A stretch of 32,000 nucleotides of DNA. Source: Delftia acidovorans NBRC 14950 (GTDB lineage Bacteria; Pseudomonadota; Gammaproteobacteria; Burkholderiales; Burkholderiaceae_C). The stretch spans positions 210,001 through 242,000 of the forward strand of contig NZ_BCZP01000008.1 in assembly GCF_001598795.1 (NCBI RefSeq). The letters run 5' to 3'. How positions within the stretch are numbered: the first letter of the stretch is position 1; every line of letters starts with the position of its first letter. This document shows, in pieces, positions 24,474 through 32,000 of this stretch. Below the pieces are notes generated by a model, which did not search any database, was not told where the DNA came from, and worked only from the letters and a program-made list of their open reading frames with translations. The translations under genes were made by a program, and so were the position numbers.

Positions 24474-26036
24474 TCACCTTTCGGGCAGGCCACGCCACCG
24501 GCGCCACAGCGGAGACAGCAGGGCCACGAGCATGGCCGTGCTGGCTGCCACGGCAGGCGCGCCCATCAGCAGGTCCAGCCAGTGCTGGGTATCCGTCCAA
24601 GGGCCTGCGCTGCCGGTAGGGCGTGGCAACAGCAGTCTGGACCACTCAGACCAGGCGGCGGCGAGCCATATCAGGGCCAGCGACATGCCCAGGGCCAGCA
24701 GCACCGCGCCGGCCCAGGGGCGCTTGAGCACACGGATGCGCAGCCAAGCGACCGATATCAGCGCGGCTGGAAACAGCCCCAGCACATAGAGGTTGGTGAT
24801 TCCCAGCATCCCGGCCAGCACGCTGCCAAGCAAGGTCAGGAGCAGGCATGCGCCCCAGGCCACCAGCTGCATGGCGGGCATCAGGCGCACCAGCACCAGG
24901 GCCAAGGCGAGGAAGAAGCCAGCGCTGACTGCCGCCAGCAACTGGGACATCCTTGGCCATTCGTCGTCGCGGGACCTGTCAGCGCGCCGCAGATGGCTTT
25001 CCTGGTAGGCCGGCAGGGCCAGGCCGTAGCGCGGGTGCTGCCATTGCACATGCTGCGGCAGGCTCCACCGGCTGTCGAACATCTCCAGCAGCATGAGCCA
25101 CTCACGGTTGCTCTGGGCCAGATAGGTACCGAAGCATTTGCGCGGATCCAGCTCCAGATCCAAAGGCCTGCTGCGACCCAGGGCTGGTTTGCAGTTGGAG
25201 TTCTGCGCTCTGGATACCTTCTCGCCAGTCTCTGGTTGCGGGTTCGCTGCCAGGTAGGCGCGCCATTCCTGGGCCAGGGGGGATTGCAGCGCGCTGCGGT
25301 AGCTGGCCAGCAGGTGCTCCGCCTGGTCCTGGGCGGAGCTGGCAGACTGGCGCACATAGCCTCTGGCCTGCAATGGCTGGCCGTAGCGCTCGAGTGTCGC
25401 GGCAATCGCGGCCTGGTCTCCGCGCATCAACCAGACCAGGGCCTGGATGCTCGGGTACTTCGCCGGATCGACCTCTTCCTCGCGCAGCACACGTATCCAT
25501 TCCACGAGCATGGCCGCCTGGCGTGGCGCGACAAGCGCCTCCAGGGCTGCGACTTGCTCGACAGTCTGGATCTGTGCACTGACATCCGTGTCCGACCATT
25601 GGCGCTGAATCCGCATTTCATAGATGGGCGAAAAGGCGATCGCAGGCGCGAACAATAGCGATAGGAACAAGGCCCCCCACAGGTACTCCCAGCACAGGCC
25701 CCAGCGGCCCACGGGGGCGTGTTCGCGCCAGCGGTTGTGGATGCGCACGCGCAGCAACCACCACAGCGCCAGGCCGATCGCCACGATCCAGGCCACGACG
25801 GAGCCGATGTCCAGTGCCAATTGCTCGGGCGTTTGCTGTGCCGTGGACGCAACGCCGGGCAGGGAGCCCATCCAGCGCGCCGGCTCGGCCATCCACTGCA
25901 TCCAGATACCCAGCACCAGCACGCACCACAGCAGCGCCAGCGGCAGATACCAGTGCAGGCGCAGCTGCCACAGCAGGGGGCAGCGCATCAGCACCCATTG
26001 GTCCCAGCGGTTCGTCATATCGGAAAAACGTGGCAT
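24474..26036 (-). CDS. Polytopic membrane protein of unknown function (520 aa)
   Basis: There are about 3 N-terminal hydrophobic segments (e.g. LPLALLWCVLVLGIWMQW, IGSVVAWIVAIGLALWWLL), a ~230-aa hydrophilic central region, and about 5 C-terminal hydrophobic segments. The protein is Trp-rich. Its ATG lies 3 nt after the upstream ATPase stop. I recognise no family. Confidence 0.7.
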   Translation of the reverse strand: MPRFSDMTNRWDQWVLMRCPLLWQLRLHWYLPLALLWCVLVLGIWMQWMAEPARWMGSLPGVASTAQQTPEQLALDIGSVVAWIVAIGLALWWLLRVRIHNRWREHAPVGRWGLCWEYLWGALFLSLLFAPAIAFSPIYEMRIQRQWSDTDVSAQIQTVEQVAALEALVAPRQAAMLVEWIRVLREEEVDPAKYPSIQALVWLMRGDQAAIAATLERYGQPLQARGYVRQSASSAQDQAEHLLASYRSALQSPLAQEWRAYLAANPQPETGEKVSRAQNSNCKPALGRSRPLDLELDPRKCFGTYLAQSNREWLMLLEMFDSRWSLPQHVQWQHPRYGLALPAYQESHLRRADRSRDDEWPRMSQLLAAVSAGFFLALALVLVRLMPAMQLVAWGACLLLTLLGSVLAGMLGITNLYVLGLFPAALISVAWLRIRVLKRPWAGAVLLALGMSLALIWLAAAWSEWSRLLLPRPTGSAGPWTDTQHWLDLLMGAPAVAASTAMLVALLSPLWRRWRGLPER

Positions 26037-26039
26037 GGC

Positions 26040-27269
26040 TCAGTCCCTCACGAACAGGCGGCGGGTGGATGCGGTGATGTCGCGGAAATAGCGCACGGGC
26101 ATCTGTGCCTGCACGGCCTGCGCCAGGAACTGCGCTGCCGTGAAGGGCACGTGAAAGCTCACGATGTGGGTCTGGCCGCTGAGCTGGTGCGTATGGGATG
26201 GCAGCCGGTCCAGCCAGGGTTTCAGTTGCGCCATGGCCCAGCCGGTCTCGAACTCGATGGCGCAGCCTTGCATGGCGGCAAAGCTCTGCTGAACGCTGCG
26301 CGGCTGGCCTTGCTCCAGGAACAGCACCTGGTCGGCCACCTTTTCCACCTCGTACAGCTGCTGTGAACTCAGCACCAGGGCCATGGGTTGCCAGGGCGAG
26401 CGCGCCAGCGACTGCAGATCGGTCAGCAGGGTCTGCTGGGCGTTGATGTCCAGATTGGCCAGCGGCTCGTCCAGCAGCAGCACGCGCGGCCGGCACAGCA
26501 GGGCGCGCGCCAGCTCGAAGCGCATCTTGTAGCCCGAGGACAGCTGTTTCCACTGGTGGCCCCGGAAGGCGCGCAGCCCCAGCTGCGCGATGACCAGCTG
26601 TACCAGGCAGATGTTGCGTGGGCCCACGGCGCCATGGCTGCGCGCGGCGAATTGCAGATGGTCCATCAGGCGCCCGCCCCAGACGGCCGGGCGCTGGGGG
26701 ATATAGGCGAGCTGGGTACGCAGCAGGTAGGCATCGGCGGCGGGAACGCCCCAGTCCAGCTGCCCCGCGTCGGGCGCCAGATCGGCGGCCAGCAGGCGCA
26801 GCAACGTGGTCTTGCCGTTGCCGTTCTCGCCCACCAGTCCCAGGATGGTGCCGGGCTCCACGGCCACATCCACCGGCCCCAGCGCAAAGCCGCCGCGCCG
26901 GTAGCGCTTGACCAGTTGCCGTCCCTGTACACGGTACGCGCGGTGCGCACGGTGCGCGCGGGGAGGTGCGGAGTCGGCCTGCAGCGCCTGGCCCGGGGCA
27001 TGGGCGGCATGCAGGGCATCGAAGGCCTGCTGCACCAGCGCGCGGCGTGGCTCTGCGCCGGAATCGGCCGCAAGGCCATCCCAGGCATCCAGCGCAGTCA
27101 GCAGGCTCTGCTGCACGGCGGTTTCGGCCGGCAGGGCGGCGTCTATGAGTGCACGCCACGCGCCATGCCATTGCTGGCTGGCGATCGCCTGTTCCACGGA
27201 TTGCGCCCAGGCCGCCACGGTGGCCTGCGGGCGCGCGGGTAGTCGTGCCGATTCGATGCTCGATTCCAT
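26040..27269 (-). CDS. ABC-type ATPase with ~110-aa N-terminal extension and atypical H-loop
   Basis: Motifs are Walker A GENGNGKTT, Q-loop AYIPQRP, signature LSSGYKMRF, Walker B VLLLDEP and D-loop ANLD. The H-loop position reads VLSSQQL (Gln where His is expected). The start was chosen at MESSIES (complement of 27267-27269) with GGGAGGG upstream. Confidence 0.8.
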   Translation of the reverse strand: MESSIESARLPARPQATVAAWAQSVEQAIASQQWHGAWRALIDAALPAETAVQQSLLTALDAWDGLAADSGAEPRRALVQQAFDALHAAHAPGQALQADSAPPRAHRAHRAYRVQGRQLVKRYRRGGFALGPVDVAVEPGTILGLVGENGNGKTTLLRLLAADLAPDAGQLDWGVPAADAYLLRTQLAYIPQRPAVWGGRLMDHLQFAARSHGAVGPRNICLVQLVIAQLGLRAFRGHQWKQLSSGYKMRFELARALLCRPRVLLLDEPLANLDINAQQTLLTDLQSLARSPWQPMALVLSSQQLYEVEKVADQVLFLEQGQPRSVQQSFAAMQGCAIEFETGWAMAQLKPWLDRLPSHTHQLSGQTHIVSFHVPFTAAQFLAQAVQAQMPVRYFRDITASTRRLFVRD

Positions 27270-27317
27270 GAAGCCCTCCCTTTTTTCTGTGCTGCGCGGT
27301 GCGGCCATCCGGGGAGC

Positions 27318-27357
27318 CGGACAGTGCGATTCCCGGCGCGCGACGAGTCTATGCGAT
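27318..27357. repeat. Right boundary repeat: inward inverted repeat + 13-bp direct repeat
   Basis: CCCGGCGCGC (27332-27341) is the exact reverse complement of 24430-24439. It is followed by GAC and then GAGTCTATGCGAT (27345-27357). The inverted match extends inward with gaps (GCAC, TGTCC blocks). Confidence 0.6.
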
Positions 27358-27434
27358 CCCGCTATGCTGTACTTCCCGCGACGGACGACAGGGCCCGTAC
27401 AGGCCCTGCGGATGCGCTTCAACGGTGTTGCACC

Positions 27435-28160
27435 ATGTCCGGTTCCTTACAGACATCTCCGCTTCTTCCCGCCGTGGCCTGGCAGGGCCTGCGCCAGGTC
27501 CATGTGCTGCAAAGCCTGACCGACGAGCGACTGGCCGAACTGGCGGCGCAGTGCCGCTGGCAGCATCTGGCGCTGCACCAGACGCTGGAGGGCGCGTACA
27601 CCGATCAGCGTCTCTACATGCTCGTGCAGGGCGGCTTGCGCGTCAGCAGCTATGCCCCCAACGGGCGCGGGCTCACGCTGGGCGAGATCGCCCAGGGCGT
27701 GTTCTTCGGCGGTCTGCCGCAGCAGCAGGCGGGCTGCACGGCCATGCCCCTGGTGGTCGAGGCAGGCGTGCCCAGCCTGATTGCCTCGCTGGCCCATGAG
27801 GATGTGGAAGCCCTGCTCATGAACGAGCCCCAGGTCCTGCGCGCCTTCATCGGCCGGCTCAGCGACCTGGCCGTGGCGCTGGCGCGCCGCATGGTGGATC
27901 TGGGAACGCTGTCGGTGCGCAGCCGCCTGCATACCCAGTTGCTGGAACGTGCCGAGCGCGCGGGCATTGACCAGGGGCAGGCCCTGCTGGCGCCCGCACC
28001 CCGGCAGACCGACCTGGCCCTGATGCTGGGCTCCAGCCGCGAGGAAGTGGCGCGCGAGATGTCGCGCCTGGTGCGCCTGGGCCTGCTGCGGCGCGAAGGC
28101 CGCAACCTGCGCATCTGCCATGTCGAAGGCCTGCGCGTGCTGCTCGAGGAAGCGCGCTGA
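27435..28160 (+). CDS. Crp/Fnr-family transcriptional regulator
   Basis: It has a cNMP-binding-like N-domain (LYMLVQGGLRVSSYAPNGRGLTLGEIAQGVFFG) and a C-terminal HTH (TDLALMLGSSREEVAREMSRLVRLGLL). The ATG at 27435 lies within the longer track ORF, and the gene is divergent from the ABC-type ATPase. Confidence 0.82.
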   Translation: MSGSLQTSPLLPAVAWQGLRQVHVLQSLTDERLAELAAQCRWQHLALHQTLEGAYTDQRLYMLVQGGLRVSSYAPNGRGLTLGEIAQGVFFGGLPQQQAGCTAMPLVVEAGVPSLIASLAHEDVEALLMNEPQVLRAFIGRLSDLAVALARRMVDLGTLSVRSRLHTQLLERAERAGIDQGQALLAPAPRQTDLALMLGSSREEVAREMSRLVRLGLLRREGRNLRICHVEGLRVLLEEAR

Positions 28161-28381
28161 GCCTTGTCTGCCGCGGCTGTTTCAAGCCGCGAAAAACACT
28201 GTTTCTAGAACGCGTGAATTGGCCTTCTGTCGAGGGGAACACGGGGGAAAAGGCGGCACGTTGGCCAGCCCGGATGCGAAAACACGTGAGAAAACGCACA
28301 GACGAAGAATGCTGCAGCGCCGCATAGTACGTCCATGCCGTGAGGAAATGAATGCCGAGCGGCCTTTTGAAAGGATCTGAC

Positions 28382-28693
28382 ATGCGTACCCTCTCCGCTG
28401 CACTGGCCGCCCTGACCCTGGGCCTCGCCGGCACTGCAATGGCCCAAGAAGCCGTTTCCCCCTCGTCCTCCGCCACCGCAGGCCTGAGCCGCGCCGAAGT
28501 GCTGGCCGACCTCGAAATGTGGCACCAGGCGGGCATGACCTACCTGCCCTCGCCTTCGGCAGACCGCGACATCAGCTACAACTCGGCCGAATACCAGCGC
28601 GGCCTGGCCCGCTACCAGCAACTGCGCAGCGGCCCCGCCTACCGTGAGGCCGTGGCCCGCCTGGAAGGCCAACACACCGTCACGCAGAAGTGA
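28382..28693 (+). CDS. DUF4148-like secreted small protein
   Basis: Signal peptide MRTLSAALAALTLGLAGTAMAQE, then LSRAEVLADLEMWHQAGM, which matches the DUF4148 pattern as I recall it. AAAGGA lies upstream of ATG 28382. Confidence 0.7.
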   Translation: MRTLSAALAALTLGLAGTAMAQEAVSPSSSATAGLSRAEVLADLEMWHQAGMTYLPSPSADRDISYNSAEYQRGLARYQQLRSGPAYREAVARLEGQHTVTQK

Positions 28694-28765
28694 TGTGAAT
28701 GGATATGGGTCCGGCATGGTGCCGGGCCTGTTGGTGGAAAGCGTCCTTTCGGGATGCTTGGTTTG

Positions 28766-28787
28766 GCGCCCTTCGGGGCGCTTTTTT
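28766..28787 (+). terminator. Rho-independent terminator after the DUF4148 gene
   Basis: GCGCCC (28766-28771) - TTCG - GGGCGC (28776-28781) followed by TTTTTT (28782-28787). Two further hairpins precede it (about 28708-28725 and 28737-28757). Confidence 0.8.
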
Positions 28788-28882
28788 GTTTCCCTCGCTC
28801 TACACTGGGCGGCCCCGTGTCAGTGGCTGCTATCGATAGCGAAGCTGCTGATGCAAGTACAGCATGCGTTGACGGCCGTTTT

Positions 28883-30040
28883 GTGAAGTTTCTGATCGAT
28901 TTTCCCAACCCCCATGACGGTTCGGCCGCCCGGCTGCGCCATGGCTTCGGGCCGCCGCTGCGCAGCCTGGCAGCCCATGCGCCCGAGCAGGTGCGCGGTG
29001 TGCTTGACGCCGTGCAGCAGGCCGCCCAGGCCGGCCTGTGGTGCCTGGGCTGGGTGCGCTACGAGGCGGCGGCGGCGTTTGACGCGGCCTACGCGGGCGC
29101 CTTGCATGCCACGCCGCCAGGCGAGCCGCTGGCCTGGTTTGCCGTCTTCGACGGCCCCCGGCCCTGGCCTGAAGACGCGGACGCAGTCGATACCGGCCCT
29201 CAGGTGCAATCTCAGGTGCAATGGCAGCCCGGCCTGGAGCGTGCCGATTTCGATGCCGCCATTGCGCGCATCCACGAGGCGATTGCGGCCGGTGACTGCT
29301 ATCAGATCAACTACACGGCCCAGTTCATGGGCCGGCTGCTGGGCGACATTCCATCGCTGTTCGCCGCGCTGCGCCGCGCCCAGCCCGGCGGCTACGTGGC
29401 CTGCATGGACAGCGGCGACGAGCAGGTGCTGTCCGTCTCGCCCGAGCTGTTCTTCGACTGGGATGGCGAGCGCATCCTCACGCGCCCCATGAAGGGCACG
29501 GCGCCCCGTGGCGCCACGCCTGCACAGGACGAGGCGAATGTCCAGGCCATGCGGTCCTCGCCCAAGGAGCGGGCCGAGAACGTGATGATCGTGGACCTGC
29601 TGCGCAACGATGTCTCGCGCATTGCCGAGCCTTTCAGCGTCCAGGTGCCGCGCCTGTTCCATGCCGAACCCCTGCCCACCGTGTGGCAGATGACGTCCGA
29701 CGTGCAGGCGCGCACGCGGCCCGGTACGGGCCTGGCGGACGTGTTTGCGGCACTGTTTCCCTGCGGCTCCATCACGGGCGCGCCCAAGCGCCAGGCCATG
29801 CGGCTCATCCACGAACTGGAATCGGGTCCGCGCGGCGTTTACTGCGGCGCCGTGGGCGTGGTGCGGCCCGGCATCGCCGCGGGGCGCGTGCACGCCACCT
29901 TCAATGTGCCCATACGCACGGTGGTGGCGCGTGGCACGGAACTGCGCTGCGGCATCGGCAGCGGCATCACCTCGGGCGCCGAGGCGCCTGCCGAATGGCA
30001 GGAATGGCGCCACAAGAGGGCTTTTCTGGACAAGGTGTGA
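28883..30040 (+). CDS. pabB: Aminodeoxychorismate synthase component I (short form)
   Basis: Chorismate-binding enzyme motifs are CYQINYT, SPELFF, RPMKGTAPRG, ENVMIVDLLRNDVSRI, FPCGSITGAPK and RGVYCGAVG. The start is uncertain: GTG 28883 (VKFLIDFPNP) or GTG 28817/28823. The track ATG 28754 lies upstream of, and would read through, the terminator hairpin. Confidence 0.82.
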   Translation: MKFLIDFPNPHDGSAARLRHGFGPPLRSLAAHAPEQVRGVLDAVQQAAQAGLWCLGWVRYEAAAAFDAAYAGALHATPPGEPLAWFAVFDGPRPWPEDADAVDTGPQVQSQVQWQPGLERADFDAAIARIHEAIAAGDCYQINYTAQFMGRLLGDIPSLFAALRRAQPGGYVACMDSGDEQVLSVSPELFFDWDGERILTRPMKGTAPRGATPAQDEANVQAMRSSPKERAENVMIVDLLRNDVSRIAEPFSVQVPRLFHAEPLPTVWQMTSDVQARTRPGTGLADVFAALFPCGSITGAPKRQAMRLIHELESGPRGVYCGAVGVVRPGIAAGRVHATFNVPIRTVVARGTELRCGIGSGITSGAEAPAEWQEWRHKRAFLDKV

Positions 30041-30054
30041 AAGGGCGTGCAGCC

Positions 30055-30690
30055 ATGGCGGATACGGACTTCGATTTCGACATTCTGGAAACACTGGCCC
30101 TGCGGGATGGCGGTTTCATCCATCTGCAGCGCCATGTGACGCGCATGCAGGACGCGGCGCGGCATTTCGGCCGGCCCTGCACGGATGCCGTGCTGGAGCA
30201 GGCATTGCAGCAGCTGCGCCAGGCGCACGCCAGCGGCCACTGGCGCGTGCGCCTGGCGCTGGATGCCACGGGGCGGATACAGACCCAGGCGGCGCCGCTG
30301 CCGCCTTCCGCCACGCCTGTTCGGCTGGCGCTGGCCGACCGGCCCATCGCCAATGCGGTGGCGCATGGCGACTGGGTGCGCTTCAAGACCTCGCGCCGCG
30401 CGCACTACGACAGTCTGCAGCCCACCGATGCCTCGGTGTTCGACACCGTGCTCCACAACGAGGACGGCGAGATCACCGAGGGCACGCGCGGCAACATCGC
30501 CGTGCTGCTGGCGGGCCGCTGGGTGACTCCGCCGCTGTCCAGCGGCCTGCTGCCCGGCGTGGGCCGCGCGGTGGCGCTGGACGAGGGCCGCGTGGTGGAG
30601 CACCCGGTGCGGCTTGACGACCTGCCACGCGTGCAGGGCTGGGCCTTCGTCAACAGCCTGCGCGGCTGGCTGCCGGCGGTTCTGCGCTGA
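30055..30690 (+). CDS. pabC: Aminotransferase class IV family protein, probable aminodeoxychorismate lyase (short, 211 aa)
   Basis: Motifs are VRFKTSRRAHYD (Lys region), EITEGTRGNIAV and SGLLPGVGR. It lies 14 nt downstream of pabB. The ATG at 30055 is within the longer track ORF. Confidence 0.7.
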   Translation: MADTDFDFDILETLALRDGGFIHLQRHVTRMQDAARHFGRPCTDAVLEQALQQLRQAHASGHWRVRLALDATGRIQTQAAPLPPSATPVRLALADRPIANAVAHGDWVRFKTSRRAHYDSLQPTDASVFDTVLHNEDGEITEGTRGNIAVLLAGRWVTPPLSSGLLPGVGRAVALDEGRVVEHPVRLDDLPRVQGWAFVNSLRGWLPAVLR

Positions 30691-30827
30691 ACAGGCCCTA
30701 GGGCCGTGGGTTGAACTCATGGTTTTCAGGGATGGATTGCGGATGGCAATGTCAGACAATCGGTGAATATTGTTGAGCAATATCATTTTGATTGTTGGCT
30801 GATGCCTGTCTCCCCTGAGATCGATCC

Positions 30828-31811
30828 ATGCATGAATTCCGTATTTCCCGCCGCGCGCTGATCAGCGCCGCGGCTGTCCTGGCGGCGGGCCCGCTGTGCG
30901 CCCAGACCACCTATCCCAACAAGCCCATTCGCGTCGTCGTCGGCTACGCGGCAGGCGGCTCGGTCGACCTGGTGGGGCGCGTGGTGGGTGACATCCTGGC
31001 CAAGCACCTCAATGCGACCGTCGTGGTCGACAACGTGCCCGGCGCCGCCGGCGTGGTGGCCGCGCAGCGCGTGGTCGGTGCCAAGGCCGACGGCTATACC
31101 CTGCTTGCAGGCTCCAGCAACGAATTGGCGGGCACGAAGTTCGTCAACGCCGCGCAGAAGTACGACCCGGCCACGGACCTGACCGGCATCGCGCTGACCG
31201 GCGTGCTGCCCAACCTGTGGGTGGCCGGCACCAAGATGCCGGCCAGGACCATCGACGAGTTCATCGCCCTGGCCAAGGCCCATCCCGGCAAGTACAGCTA
31301 CGGCAGCCCGGGCATCGGGTCCACGCCGCATTTCTCGGGCGAGCTGATCAAGAAGATTGCCGGGGTGGACATCGTCCATGTGCCCTACAAGGGATCGGCC
31401 GCGATGACCAGCGACCTGGCCGGCGGCAACCTGGATTTCGCCATCGTCTCTCCCTCGGTGGCGGCTCCGTTCATCCAGAGCGGCAAGATCAAGGCCCTGG
31501 GCGTGACCACGGCCCACCGCATCGCCATGATGAAGGACGTGCCCGCACTGGGCGAGAACGCAGCGCTCAAGGGCTATGCGCTGAGCGGCTGGTTCGGGCT
31601 GGCGGGACCCAAGGACCTGCCTGCCGAGGTGGTGGCCAGTCTGCAGAAGGCCTTGAAGGCGGGCCTGGCCGATCCGGCGATGCGCGCGCGCCTGGAAGGG
31701 GCGGGCATCATTGCCCCCACGGGCGACGAAAACCTGTCCCAGATCATCCGTACCGACATGGGCAAGTACGCCGAACTGGTCAAGTTCGCCAAGATCACGC
31801 CGGAAAACTGA
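30828..31811 (+). CDS. Bug-family (TctC-like) substrate-binding protein
   Basis: Signal peptide RRALISAAAVLAAGPLCAQ, then IRVVVGYAAGGSVDLVGRVV and VVDNVPGAAGVVAAQRVVGAKADGYTLLAG. Confidence 0.88.
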   Translation: MHEFRISRRALISAAAVLAAGPLCAQTTYPNKPIRVVVGYAAGGSVDLVGRVVGDILAKHLNATVVVDNVPGAAGVVAAQRVVGAKADGYTLLAGSSNELAGTKFVNAAQKYDPATDLTGIALTGVLPNLWVAGTKMPARTIDEFIALAKAHPGKYSYGSPGIGSTPHFSGELIKKIAGVDIVHVPYKGSAAMTSDLAGGNLDFAIVSPSVAAPFIQSGKIKALGVTTAHRIAMMKDVPALGENAALKGYALSGWFGLAGPKDLPAEVVASLQKALKAGLADPAMRARLEGAGIIAPTGDENLSQIIRTDMGKYAELVKFAKITPEN

Positions 31812-31833
31812 AGCAGGGCCTGCCGCCATGGAA

Positions 31834-31862
31834 AAACGCCTCGTTCCCCGAGGCGTTTTTTC
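31834..31862. terminator. Bidirectional terminator
   Basis: The stem is AAACGCCTCG (31834-31843) / CGAGGCGTTT (31849-31858) with loop TTCCC, flanked by an A-run on the left and a T-run on the right. Confidence 0.8.
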
Positions 31863-32000
31863 ATTCGGACCTGTGCAGGGCATGCAGGGCCAGCAGCCCC
31901 TCGAACGCATCGCGCAGCGGCTGCAGCGACGGGCCGGCAGGCGCCAGCCGTTGCAGCGCGCAGGCCGCTGCCTCCAGCGTGGACAGCTGGCCCGGCGCAT
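31861..32000 (-). CDS. C-terminal fragment of an unidentified protein (continues beyond window end)
   Basis: The minus frame reads ...APGQLSTLEAAACALQRLAPAGPSLQPLRDAFEGLLALHALHRSE and ends at TGA (complement of 31861-31863), right at the terminator. The track ORF 30783..32000 is a different frame that reads antisense through the Bug gene. Confidence 0.4.
   Translation of the reverse strand, partial: APGQLSTLEAAACALQRLAPAGPSLQPLRDAFEGLLALHALHRSE

Noticed and set aside
20892-25658. ORFs 20892..22391(-), 21875..23581(+), 23278..24201(-) and 23286..25658(+, 790 aa)
   Set aside because: They are shadow ORFs overlapping the amidohydrolase, panC, panB and membrane-protein genes, with Arg/Gly/Ala/Pro/His-dominated translations.
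25618-27171. ORF 25618..27171(-), 517 aa, and the upstream extension 27270..27422 of the ATPase ORF
   Set aside because: The 517-aa ORF is a different frame across the ATPase and membrane-protein genes, with an Arg/Pro/Ala-rich translation. The ATPase extension lacks an SD, whereas ATG 27269 has GGGAGGG upstream.
28171-28190. Hairpin CGCGGCT-GTTTCA-AGCCGCG after the crp-like gene as a terminator
   Set aside because: It is followed by an A-run, not a T-run, on the plus strand, and there is no minus-strand gene for it to terminate. I left it uncalled.
28754-28816. ATG 28754 as the pabB start
   Set aside because: Translation from 28754 would read through the 28766-28787 terminator hairpin of the upstream gene, so a downstream GTG is more plausible.
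28820-32000. ORFs 28820..30094(-), 29839..30786(-) and 30783..32000(-, 405 aa)
   Set aside because: They are antisense to pabB, pabC and the Bug gene. Only the last ~140 nt of the window shows a plausible minus-strand C-terminus, and that is in a different frame.
1-32000. Search for CRISPR arrays, rRNA/tRNA genes, transposases, integrases, phage or defence-system genes
   Set aside because: By eye I found no regularly spaced repeat-spacer arrays, no rRNA- or tRNA-like sequence, and no recombinase, nuclease or defence-type motifs in any credible ORF. I could not run a systematic scan.

Overview
GC-rich (about two-thirds G+C by eye, not computed) chromosomal segment. Its gene content and order point to a betaproteobacterium of the Burkholderiales, probably Comamonadaceae-like. 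This rests on two Bug/TctC-type binding proteins, the rhodanese-grxC-secB-gpsA block facing gpmA-ctpA, and DUF4148/DUF3079 genes; it is an inference, not a database hit. I support 33 protein-coding genes, two of them partial at the window edges, and almost all are housekeeping. They include ftsY, an active/inactive M16 peptidase pair, rsmD, coaD, an OsmY/ElaB/YtjA-like stress trio, and a CHASE3 histidine kinase with a NarL-type regulator and an extra CheY-like receiver. The rest are moeB, ctpA, gpmA, rhodanese-grxC-secB-gpsA, lysA/lysR, an LTTR-controlled Bug + M20D amidohydrolase pair, panCB, pabBC and a second Bug gene. I saw no rRNA, tRNA, CRISPR array, transposase or integrase. The most unusual locus is 24.4-28.2 kb. 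It holds an ABC-type ATPase with a ~110-aa N-terminal extension and Gln in place of the H-loop His. This gene is translationally coupled to a 520-aa Trp-rich polytopic membrane protein I cannot assign to any family, and both are divergent from a Crp/Fnr-type regulator. The two-gene module is bracketed by 13-bp direct repeats with inverted repeats just inside them. Other points of note are a ~95-100-nt multi-hairpin intergenic repeat present twice, terminator-like hairpins inside the conserved grxC-secB-gpsA block, a 13-bp x5 tandem repeat at the coaD stop, and a polypurine repeat between panB and panC. Many long ORFs in the track are antisense or out-of-frame shadows typical of high-GC DNA and were rejected.
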